In this document: in pieces, positions 52,731 through 64,000 of the stretch
How the letters are laid out: each line of letters begins with the position of its first letter
How positions within the stretch are numbered: position 1 is the first letter of the stretch
NCBI GenBank assembly: GCA_951406725.2
Contig: OX597825.1
Location: forward strand, 17,236,001-17,300,000
DNA: 64,000 bases
Reading direction: 5' to 3'
From: Octopus vulgaris
Lineage: Eukaryota
Position numbers and translations under genes: made by a program
The notes under the pieces: model-generated
Told to the model about the DNA's origin: nothing
The model's database searches: none
The model's input: only the letters and a program-made list of their open reading frames with translations

Positions 52731-54758
52731 CATCCATTTCTCAGTTCATGTCTGCTAAACGCACATTGTGTACAGAAAATTTTGTGCCGTCTTTTAATCT
52801 CTTTCACGTTTTACATTTGTATCAGCGTATATTCCTCAAATTAATTCATTCTGGTTTATAATTGAAAGTGGATATAGTTTCTTTGATATAATATGACTAT
52901 AGGTGATACTTATTTGTATTTAGTTTCGTGTCATTAGGAATACTAATCAAATTTGCATATATTTGCTTTAACATTTACAGTCTATTGCGTATGTTATATT
53001 ATGCTTGCTTCATTTATCCCTAAGTATACGTACATATGTATCGTGATACCGCTTCATTGATTTTTAGATGTTTATATTGTTGTGAACGGGTGATCTCGCC
53101 TTTCTAATTTCCATTTACAGATTTGTTTGTGGTGTTTTCTTCAAGTTCTTACAACTATGTGTTGTGATTTGTGACTGTTAAGTGTGGAACTACAAATTAT
53201 ATGACATCCTTTATCTGCTAAAGCGATCCGTATAAAATTGAAACTTTATTGGCTAAACATTGTAAGGTAAAATATATTCGCTTGAGTTTTCAATACGTTG
53301 GCTGAATCGCTGGAGCATGCCACAAAATGATCTGCAATATTTCTTTACTTTTCCAGGCTCAAATTCCAGCCGAGATTAACTGCTACATTTTGTGATAGCT
53401 AAAAGCAAGTATCAGTCAAGAATCACACTCAATAGTACCGACAAATTACCTTGATTCAAAAGTGCTGTATTTTTGCCTAAATTAGAACCTATTATTATTA
53501 TTATTATTGTTATTATTTAAGGTGGTGAGTTGGCAGAATCATTAGAACGCTGTGTAAAATGCTTAGACAGCATTACGGCTATCTGTACGATCTTGTTCAC
53601 TTCACCGCAGATCCAACTGGGGCGATGGCTGGTTTAGGCCGACTACATACCCTATGGTCACGGTTGACGAGTAAGTACTTCACGGAGATGAGAACTAACT
53701 AGAAACAGTTTGTTGGGTAGTCCGGCACCATATGAGCAGATATCGCCAAATGGTGAATTCGGCGCCACGTGGCACCGGCTTATGTCCATATTCCTAATCT
53801 GATTCCATTTTCTTCCTAGATTTTCTCAGTTCTTGACGAGTATTTTCGAAAGTTAAAGGTTAATAATGAACGCACTCGTACACAATTTTTATGGTTTCTT
53901 TAGTTCAGGGAACTCGTTCCTGCATATGTCTGACTAACAATTCCCCGAATGATATACACAAGTTCAAAAGCAATTCAGCTTGTTTAGATTAGGATAAATT
54001 CATGTAGTAGGAATACAGAGAGTAATATTCAAAGAAAACGCATGGATGATAATTAAGATTGCGTTACAGTGAATATGTCACGAAATGAATAAACCGGTTG
54101 TTTTTATCTTGACATCCATTAATTGAGATGAAGTATTACCGCGTAGTATATGGGAACACATGGAGTGAAAGTATTTAATCTTGTGATTGATATTTTTGTT
54201 TATAGTTGTATACAGTTTGATTAATTAAATGCTATCTCATTATGCACTTGTCAAAATTGTTAGAACAGGATTATAATTAATAATGGTGATTGCTACCCGT
54301 AAAACAGATATCATGAGTATTTCCATCAACATTATCTTGTTAATTATACTCTTCCATCATGGGGTTTCCTATCATAGTGGGCAATTATTTGAAAAGTTTT
54401 ATACAGATTTTATACGGGAATCAAATATAAGAGTCTCTTAAATCGTTACATCGTTTATTTTCCCCTTCCAAAATATTAGACATCTTACCGTTCACGCTAA
54501 GGATTAATCCCTTGATGTACATTGCATAATTCAGTCACCAATAAGTAGTTCATCTTTCTATATAAATATTTCTATCTTTCTCTAACGAAAGCAAGAGTTT
54601 TATTTTTATATAATCACTGTCTCACGAATATTGCGTATATATATATATATTTACTCATAGTCTCTGAATTTACTCATAGTCTCTGACTATTTCCTCTTTC
54701 TCACTAGACCGCTGGTGGCAAAATAATTTCTATTGAATTTTTTGCTACCCTGAATTGA

Positions 54759-54803
<45 letters not shown>

Positions 54804-54805
<2 letters not shown>

Positions 54806-55107
54806 ATCACCGTGACCGACCAGGCTATCAGATGTTGCTACACCTAGATGGTCATAACGTGCTTTTCACATTGATTTAGCCTCTAAATGATGCCACCTCG
54901 CTGGCTAAGCGAGCAGGCCAACTGAAGAAAGAGTGAGAGAAAGTTGTGGCGAAAGAGTACAGCAGGAATCAACACACCCCCTGCCGGTGCCTTGTGGAGC
55001 TTTAAGGTGTTTTCGCTCAATAAACACTCACAACGCCCGATCTGGGAATCGAAACTGCGATCCTACGACCGCGAGTCCGCTGCGCTAAACATTGGGCCAT
55101 TGCGCTT

Positions 55108-55108
<1 letters not shown>
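54804..55108 (-). mobile_element. tRNA-derived SINE, head C with tail Z
   Basis: Head homologous to 45100-45288; 3' region differs from tails X and Y; flanked by (TA)n and (CA)n. Confidence 0.85.
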
Positions 55109-55183
<75 letters not shown>

Positions 55184-56196
55184 GTATGCACACACAAACA
55201 CACATATATATGCACGCGCGTGCGTGCACACTCATGCTTATACCTTAGATTGAGGAATTCTTGCTGTGTGAATCACGGCTGTGTGAATTGATAGCGCGGT
55301 CTCTCGCTCTCTCTCAATCGTTCTCTCCCAGGTCTTGTGTTCTTCAATATACGCTCTTCAAATCTTGTTTACCAACTGTGTCTGGTTTCGCTCAACAATC
55401 TATTACATAACCGCTGTTACACTTCTTTCTGTTCATAAATACCACCCTTAAATTTTCTCTGAGAATTATCGCTGCGTCAGCTACATGTAGCCAAATCTAT
55501 TATGCCAATCCTTTATTTTCTCCGTAAACTGAGATCTCAAATATATTCCCTACCTTTAGATAAATGGTGTTTTCTTCATCAGAAGGAAGTCTTATGTTCA
55601 CGCCTGGAAGCATAATTTTGAAATATGATAATAACAAAGAAGTATTAAACCAGACACTTTCAGTGTTCATCCATTCATTTTATCGTCATATTTCAATTAA
55701 AACGGCGCAAGCGAGTATGGCATGGATAGAATAGAAGCTCTTTGGTTTCATTGTATTAACTTTAGTCCCATTTCCAGTGTCGTTTGATATGTAGAATGAT
55801 AATCCGGTATGGCTTTATCTGCACAGTTTGAAGTGGAGACAGAATAATAAGTCTTTATAGCAAATGAATGGCTGATTAGTTGCCATGTCCACATTTATGT
55901 CTATGGCGAGAGGTTTTATGTGTTGTACGACATTGTCAGCAATCGCGTTTGTACTATTTGTTTGCCGTTAGCACATACCATGAAATATTGTAAGAAAATC
56001 TTCGATCATAATATCATTGTAGAAGTAACGACGCTCCGTATAGTTGTTGTCGTGGGAACAGTCCTGCATGAACAATCGTATTTGTTGAAGAATTATATGA
56101 TTGGCTTTAATGTCTACATCAATTGGAATGTCCTCGTTAATTAAGGGCAAACTTTTTTTTAATTAAAAGAAAATTGAATTAAAAGAAAATTTATGA

Positions 56197-56840
56197 AACA
56201 CCAAGGAACAGATAATTTTCCAAATACTGTCAGAGATTATAATTTAACAAATATTATTGTAAGTAGGTAATCCGTTCCAGAAGCCCTAGGAATTCTCGAA
56301 CATTAGCTATGAAATATTACATATTTTTTGGTGTGTTTTGTATAGGTTAATTTTTTATTTGCCAGTTAACACTGCTACTTCAAACACCATGTATTGTTTT
56401 TGTTTCAATGACGTTGATATACAAAAATGCATTATCCAAGATTTTGTACTATTGATATGTGTTGTCAAGTGAAAGATTCGGTTCATTCGTTCCCTATTTA
56501 AGATATGGTCACGTCCATTTTGATTTCAATACGCATTCTGTTTTTTTTTACGTGAAAATATTATCTTCTGGAAAAGCTTTCCAATGGAACGATAATTAAA
56601 TTACATCGAACCATAACGATTGAATAGAGTTAAGCCAGATCTCACAACGCTCAGCATATGTTGTGTTCGAATATATAATAACAATGTGAACTTATAAAAA
56701 ACACACCAAAAATATGTAATATTTCATAGCTAATGTTTGAGGATTCCTAAGGCTTCTTGAACGGATTACCTACTTACAATAATATTTGTCACTTTATAAT
56801 CTCTGATAGTATTTGTATATTTATCAGTTCTTATGTGTTT
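56197..56840. mobile_element. MITE-like or fold-back element with ~150-bp diverged inverted arms
   Basis: 56197-56348 versus 56688-56840, e.g. aatattattgtaagtaggtaatccgttc and gaacggattacctacttacaataatatt. Confidence 0.65.
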
Positions 56841-57306
56841 GAGTAATTTTTTATCATCTTGTGTTTTCATTCATCCTCGTGAACACAAACTTGTGTCACT
56901 ACTCACAAAGAGTTATGATTATATTGTTATTCTAAAAACAAAAGAAACGAATATTTTGATTTATAATATTTGCCATACTTATAGTGAGAATCGTTTGATT
57001 TAATTAAAATGTGAAAGATCCTCTGCAATAATGTATCATAACTTTACTTTGTTCATTTAAAAATTTCCTTATGTTTCATTTCTTTTTTTTGTTTTACGTC
57101 TCTGCTTTATTCTCTCGAAGAAAACTTTCAGTTTCGTAGTATATCTAGAGAAACCAAGATAATTTACAACTTTTGAATGTAATGATAGCTTCTCTCATTT
57201 TGTTTGTTTGTCATCATTAACAATTAAAACAGTAAAACTTATTTATTTGCTTGTTTTGTTAATTATATAGCTTGACGCTATATATTCATATATTCATATG
57301 AGTGTG

Positions 57307-57346
<40 letters not shown>

Positions 57347-57472
57347 TGTGTGTGTAATTGACACTAACCTACGTTCGTAAATGCGTACACACGATCACTC
57401 ACATAGCATACACACATGCACACATACAAATATATACATGTATGTGGGTGTATAGTGACATACATACATACC

Positions 57473-57555
<83 letters not shown>

Positions 57556-57567
57556 GTATATATATAT

Positions 57568-57611
<44 letters not shown>

Positions 57612-57671
57612 TAAGTTTTTCATTCACGCTGATAAATTAGATATATTTTTCTTAACAAAGTGCATTTTTGG

Positions 57672-57729
<58 letters not shown>

Positions 57730-58116
57730 TCCTTCCTAAAGACAAGACGTGTTTATACCTGTCTCCTCTCATAGCTCGTCCACCTACCGTTCTTAGTATT
57801 TTTCTATCGTCTAGGCCTAACAGCCCTCATTGTTTGTTTTTAGTGTCTTCTTCTCACTGTCCTGTTTTTGTTACCACTTTCACCCTCCACAAAAATCACA
57901 ATTTTTTTTTCATTTGCGGGAAGGACTGTTTCAACGAAGTTGCGTATTGCACTTGCCTTCAAAGCGCGGAGTAGATGAAACAGGGACAACTGAAGAAGAG
58001 GAATATTCTTTATGTTGCATGACTCGTTTATCTGTTTATAATATTTATATATTATATACATATATAATATATTATATTATATTATATTATATTATATATA
58101 TTATATTATATTATGT

Positions 58117-58147
<31 letters not shown>

Positions 58148-58188
58148 AAGTCAGGATAGAAAATTCTAAAATAATTTTATAAAGAACA

Positions 58189-58230
58189 TTTCATTACCGG
58201 TTTTAGTCATTGAGAATTTTTCAACTGTAA
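58189..58230 (-). other. Degenerate hammerhead relic
   Basis: Minus strand UUACAG-UUGAAAA-AUUC UCAAU GACU-AAA-ACCGGU-A-AUGAAA; layout kept, core mutated. Confidence 0.4.
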
Positions 58231-58370
58231 CAATTGAATAATTAAATTCAGAAAAATTAAAAGAAAAGTTTTTTAAAAGAATATTTGTATAGTGTTCAAA
58301 TATTAGTGGCATTTTCCTTGTTTCTGCCTTTCTCTGTCTCTCTTGTTTACTCTAGTGGGTTCGAGGTCGT

Positions 58371-58432
<62 letters not shown>

Positions 58433-58477
58433 CACAACGACCTAATTTAATACTTTTGATATATATTTAAAATAATA

Positions 58478-58645
58478 TAAATTAATTAATTTTATGTATT
58501 GGCTTATGTTTTTCATTGTTTGATTTGCCTAATAGTGGTTTTATCTCTAATTTAATATATTATAATATAATATATTTATACTATAAAATTGGATTTAATC
58601 CTAAATCTGATTTTTCCCTGTAAGTTTGGATTTATTCCCTAATAT
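58478..58645 (-). mobile_element. PLE-type terminal repeat fragment
   Basis: Reverse complement of 6951-7025 (the family carrying the 7073 hammerhead) and of 59500-59648. Confidence 0.7.
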
Positions 58646-58714
58646 TTTATTATTAATTTATATATATATAAATTAATAATATTTTATTATTATTTCCCTA
58701 ATATTTTATTATTA

Positions 58715-58791
<77 letters not shown>

Positions 58792-59419
58792 ACATTTTCT
58801 CACAGGATTCAGTGCTTTGATCTGCTTCTAACTCGTCATTGCTTTTTATTCTTTTGTGTTTCGATTTTTGCTGCGATGTCTTAGAAAATAACCTTGACAC
58901 TTATTCAGTTGTTTTTATTTTGGTGTCAAAAACGTATTCATGCACTCATTCCCCTCTGACTATTTGCACTCATTGACACCAGAGATTTCGTTATTGTTTT
59001 ATTCTTTTATTCAGTTAGCTATTAAGTGCTGTATTGTTTCATCTGCAACTTTGATATCAATTATTGGTTATGCCAACGGAATTATTTCTGTTTTGATTGC
59101 CATGATGTTAAAAAACCAAGTACTTTCCTTGTTTCACAGATTAATGTAAATATGTTGCTCATATGTTGAATAGCTCTGTATTATAAGCGTGTTCACCGTT
59201 GTGATTCCTATTGCCTCTATACTATCCTTTTCAGTTTAATAAATATATCATACACGATATCCATACGACTTTTAAATTAATGAATAATTTCTACCACGTT
59301 ATTTCCACTAGAGTTATTTATTTATTACTGTATTGCGTATACATTCTACTCAATTTGTCCCACATAAGTGTTTCTTTTAAAATATTCCATATGCACCCCC
59401 AATTTATACATATACATAC

Positions 59420-59479
<60 letters not shown>

Positions 59480-59499
59480 TATAATAATAATAATATATT

Positions 59500-59723
59500 A
59501 TTAGGAATAAATCCAAATTTACAGGGAAAAAATCAGATTTAGGATTAAATCCAATTTTATAGTAAAATATTATAAAATATTATTAGAGACAAAACCACTA
59601 TTTTGCAAAACAAACAAGGAAAGACTTAATCAATACATAAAATTTTAATAAATAGTCTTAAAATTTTATGTATTGATTAAGTCTTTCCTTGTTTGTTTTG
59701 CAAAATAGTGGTTTTGTCTCTAA

Positions 59724-59730
<7 letters not shown>
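59500..59730. mobile_element. Same terminal-repeat family, with a near-perfect fold-back
   Basis: Arms ~59577-59648 and ~59659-59729 around a ~10-nt loop; both sides abut (TA)n. Confidence 0.8.
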
Positions 59731-59774
<44 letters not shown>

Positions 59775-60390
59775 CTCTCTCTCTTTTTCTCTGTCTGTCT
59801 CTGTGTGTGTGTATGTATAATGAATTACAAAATAAACGTCGCAATGTAAAATATTATTTGCGACTGCATGGGTTTTATCACACCAGGAAAATATCACTGA
59901 CCAGCACACCACTCTCTTTTGAAAACACAAGGATTGCAAGTAGCGTTCCAACGCGCCCAATTTTCATGAACATAGTAATGCTCACGAACGCATTTTTAGG
60001 AAAAGCATGATGTACTTGCAAAATGGTGACTCATTGGGTATAAAAGGCACCCCAAATTACCGGCCTAACATGCGATCCCCTCACTTTTTATATTGGTGTT
60101 GTTTTTACTGCTGAATTAAGTAGCCGTTTTATATTGCTTGTTTTAAGTTTACCCTTTGGGGATTGCCTGTTTTCATCAAATCTGTTTCTGCGCCTTCTGA
60201 CGCATTGCCTGCGGTAGCAGGCTAGTGTCCATTTACCGTTTCCCCCGTTGAGGTATGAATTGTTTTTTTCTATGCAAAAACAGTGCAGCATAGAGGGTAA
60301 CAACTTCCAGTGTGAATCAGAAGACCACATCGTGGGGCAGTCATCTGAACAGGCTCAAATTAACAATATTGGAGGCAGTTACGCGTCCAT

Positions 60391-60622
60391 GGGCGGCGAG
60401 CTGGCAGAAACGTTAACACGTCGGGCGAAATGCTTTGCGGTATTTCGTCTACCGTTACGTTCTGAGTTCAAATTCCGCCGAGGTCGACTTTACCTTTCAT
60501 CCTTTCGGGGTCGATAAATTAAGTACCAGTTACGCACTGAGGTCGATATAATCGACTTAATACCTATGTCTGTCCTTGTTTGTTCCCTCAATGTTTAGTC
60601 CCTTGTGGGTAATAAAGAAATA
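60391..60622 (+). mobile_element. SINE family B with a decayed TSD
   Basis: GGGCGGCGAGCTGGCAGAAACG...AATAAAGAAAT; flanks ggcagttacgcgtcca and ggtagttaagcttcca. Confidence 0.9.
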
Positions 60623-61099
60623 GGTAGTTAAGCTTCCAAGGCCGGTCACCAGTGAGCGAGTGCAAGTCAGTCGAGAAAAACGCGAAGATTATAAGGAACG
60701 AATTCAGAAGGAGAGGAAGCACTTAAGATTGATCCCCAACCCCAGAGGAAATTATAAATAGCACGAACAGGAAAACTATCATTTAAAGAACATCGTTGAT
60801 GGCAGCACAAAAACAGAGAAGGCATCCTTGGATGCCTTCGAAAAATGTTTACGCCAAATATGGAACGAAACAAAATTCATAAACAGATTTCATGTATTTT
60901 TTCATATATTTATATATTCATAAGAAATAAGTTAAATGAGGCTACTTGGGATGTGGAGCTCGAGCAGCCGTCATTCCACCAAACATGTTTTATATTTAAT
61001 ACGTTCTTTTTGTCATTCATTTTTTTAAAACCACTTTTGTTTGTGTGTCCTTGGTCCGTCCACTTTGTGATGGGCCTTTATGGCTCGAATAAAATCAAT

Positions 61100-61555
61100 T
61101 CGTTTCCCGCGACTGACAAGAAATGAGAGTGAGCCAGCCATCGGACGTTTCTATGCTGGTCAGCGTCCATAGATCATTGTTAATGACTTGAACGGCAGTA
61201 TTCGGACAACTGAGAGACTGAGGGAACGATAGAATGCTACAAATAGCAAGAATGATCGTCCACGCAGTGGTCGACAGATGATTAAAACAGCACGTGAAGA
61301 TCGCCACCTGCAAGTGCAGCACCCGCAGGAGCGATTCCGGAGGGCAACGTAATCACCTGGGCAAACCATAGGGACGCACTACATACCCAATTGTGCAGGC
61401 ACAGTTCGCCGCTGGCTGAGAATTTTTCAACCTGCCTTGTCGACGTCCGGCTACGGGCTCCATCCTCACAGATCGTCATCGACCGGTACGTCAGTAGTAG
61501 ACTCAAAAATGCCATAACTGGCGATATCAGCAATGGTCAAACGAGATATTGAGTT
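61100..61555 (+). mobile_element. Decayed Tc1-like transposase, N-terminal HTH region
   Basis: FPRLTRNESEPAIGRF, DRPRSGR, AREDRHL, GTVRRWLR, CRRPATGSILTDRHR and NWRYQQW match the Tc1 DNA-binding region; stops and a frameshift. Confidence 0.85.
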
Positions 61556-61658
61556 AATCTCTTTGGATTCAGAACACTCCGGCATCATGTGATACCATGT
61601 GACGTCAAACATTTTTCAGGAAATGATGTTTTATAATTAGGAGATAACGGTTTATTAA

Positions 61659-61756
<98 letters not shown>

Positions 61757-62486
61757 ATATTAAAAATAATTACATTCTTTCATGAATCAGAGTTGTGAGT
61801 ATGAAGTGTTATCAATTTAGCTATGGACGCATTATATCAAATTAAGAAGAATTTTATTTACTTATTCGAAATAAGTATTCTTTTGCATTATTAATCCCTT
61901 ACCAAAATTCAGAGTGTTTTTAGTCACATGCATTTGGTTTTCCTTTGAAAATATCAAACAGAGGTATCAAAAGAATATACTTCATCACTGACAGTTATAT
62001 AAATCGAAATTGATAAAATTTTAATTACATAGTTTTCAATGATACGGTATACTAAGTATTTTGGTGAGTAACCAAGTTTATATCATTGCAGCTTTGCTTT
62101 GTATTACCCTTCCAATGAGTGCTATATTGAATTAAAGTAATATTAATCCATAATTCTTCTAAGCATTACTAATTGTAGTTTGAAGTTCCACAGACACAGT
62201 CACACATACACGCACAAACAAATGTATTTAGGCTTGTGTGTATCATTTATTTCTATTTTGTTACATTTCTATTTGGTTATATTTAACTATAGAAATTAAT
62301 TCCTCTTCGAAGGTTATTTTATTTTCAATTCATTCATTCTTAGAGTTTATCCCATCATATATAGTCTAAATTCATTTTTTTAAAAATTATGATACGATGG
62401 ATAACATATACATATTCAAAAGAGTATTCTAACTTTTATTACCCTATATCACACATGATATTTAATCAGTTATAGATATATTCGAA

Positions 62487-62798
62487 GGCGCGTGGCTTCG
62501 TGGTTAGGAGCATTCGGCTCATGATCGTAAGGTCATGAGTTCAATTCCCGGCGGCGTGTTGTGTCCTTGAGTAAGACACTTTATTTCACGTTGCTCCAGT
62601 CCACTCATCTGGCAAAAATGAGTTGTACCTGTATTTCAAAGGGGCAGCCTTGTCAAACACTCTGTGTCAGGCTGAATCTCCCCGAGAACTACGTTAAGGG
62701 TACACTTGTTTGTGGAGTGCACGTTAAATTCACGAGCATGCTGTTCCGTTGATCGTATCAGCTGGAACCCCCGTCGACACAACCGACGAGGTGCTCCT
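62487..62798 (+). mobile_element. tRNA-derived CORE-type SINE, head D with tail Y
   Basis: GGCGCGTGGCTTCGTGGTTAGG...GAGTTCAATTCCC...CCTTGAGTAAGACAC; tail 62622-62798 homologous to 44908-45092. Confidence 0.88.
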
Positions 62799-63007
62799 TT
62801 GATATATTTTGCATATATGTATTGCCGTTAAGGTCTTCGGATATTCACAATATATTGCTATTATCCGAATGCTACATATATATTTTTATGCATACATTGT
62901 TCTCTGATATTTTGGTTTACATAACTTGTGAGCTCGTTTTTATTTCAAACCCCTAGCAGGTTTTACGACATGCTAGAAAAATTAATTTACCTTAAAACAT
63001 ATTACAA

Positions 63008-63128
63008 TGGTACTTAATTTATCGACCCCCGAAAGGATGAAAGGCAGAGTTGACCTCGGCAGAATTTGAATCCAGATCGCTAAGACGGACGAGATGGTGC
63101 AAAGCATTTAGACCGGCTCACCGCCTTT
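63008..63128 (-). mobile_element. SINE family B fragment
   Basis: tggtacttaatttatcgacccccgaaaggatgaaaggc. Confidence 0.8.
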
Positions 63129-63353
63129 ATCACCTAGGAATATTAAAAATGTTTATCTTAGCGTAAGAAAATAATGCATTTTTTAATCCATAAAAGATGG
63201 AACGCATCACTGAGTCATACATGAGTTAAGATTACCATTTCTCAACTTCACATGCATGAGACAACTCATCTCTCGAAAAATATACCAATCTTGTGTCAAT
63301 ATCTCGTGAGATAACATAAAATGAAAATAATAATATTATTTATATTTGGGATC

Positions 63354-63595
63354 GGCGTGGCTTAGTGGTTAGCTTGTTGGACTCATGATAATAAGATTGT
63401 AGTTTCGATTCCTGAACCGGGCGACGAAATGTGTTCTTGAGCAAAACACTTAATTTCACGTTGCCCTAGTCCACTCAGCACAAATGAGTAAACCTGGAAT
63501 GGACTGGCGTCCCGTCTAGGTAGAGTATATATGTACCATGGCAACCGGGAAACCGACCCTGTGAGTCTATATGACTCGGGAAGGACCTTTACTTT
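63354..63595 (+). mobile_element. tRNA-derived SINE, head D with tail X
   Basis: GGCGTGGCTTAGTGGTTAG...TTGAGCAAAACAC; tail ggactggcgtcccgtc...aaccgggaaacc as in 11843-11935. Confidence 0.85.
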
Positions 63596-63679
63596 TTTTG
63601 TTTTACTATAGTATATAAAGAAATCAACTAAAAATCACAGGCTGGTAGGGAATGCAACTCAGAAATTGTACAATGTATT

Positions 63680-63915
63680 AAAATACGTGATAGGCATAAG
63701 AGTACAATAAGAGTAGGGAAGTCACATTAAATAGGAGTTTGAAAGGCAAAATTTACCAGTAGCAACTTCAATATATTTTATAGGATCTGGTATTCTGAGG
63801 ACGATCAGCCTATGAGAAATGCAAAGGTGTGTAGCGAAAGATTGCTGTGGATCGCAGCAAAAACTGATGTATTATCGAATTTATAAAGGTTACCAATATA
63901 ATCAATAGATCGTAT
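63680..63915 (+). pseudogene. Possible decayed PLE GIY-YIG endonuclease C-terminus
   Basis: Frameshifted QNLPVA, SEDD and QQKLM peptides resemble PVA.HF..HS..D and E.KLI..L motifs. Confidence 0.3.
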
Positions 63916-64000
63916 ACTCATTAACGAACGTCAATATAAATGAATAATATAAAGTGATTTTCAGATAATGATATGAAATAATAGAATAAAATGAGTTGAT

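Overview
AT-rich, microsatellite-saturated eukaryotic non-coding DNA. The repeat repertoire (tRNA-derived CORE- and Deu/Nin-type SINEs, R4/Dong, RTE and Penelope-like remnants) looks like a cephalopod, probably Octopus, intron or intergenic region; the taxon is an inference. No intact protein-coding gene is supported, and nearly all listed ORFs are microsatellite translations. Recognisable content: about 30 SINE copies in four head families with swapped 3' tails; decayed R4/Dong, RTE, Penelope-like (PLE), Tc1 and mariner fragments; a complete non-autonomous Helitron; and a 3.4-kb segment bounded by ~135-bp inverted repeats. Most notable: (1) five minimal type-I hammerhead ribozyme motifs (two well formed, three variant or degenerate), all on the minus strand and about 45-150 nt upstream of a (TA)n run; (2) a three-copy fold-back repeat family with a similar terminal layout but a different, helix-conserving, non-hammerhead motif, a candidate unrecognised structured RNA or ribozyme; (3) many local fold-back inverted duplications. 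All calls were made by eye, and element boundaries are approximate unless exact termini are given.
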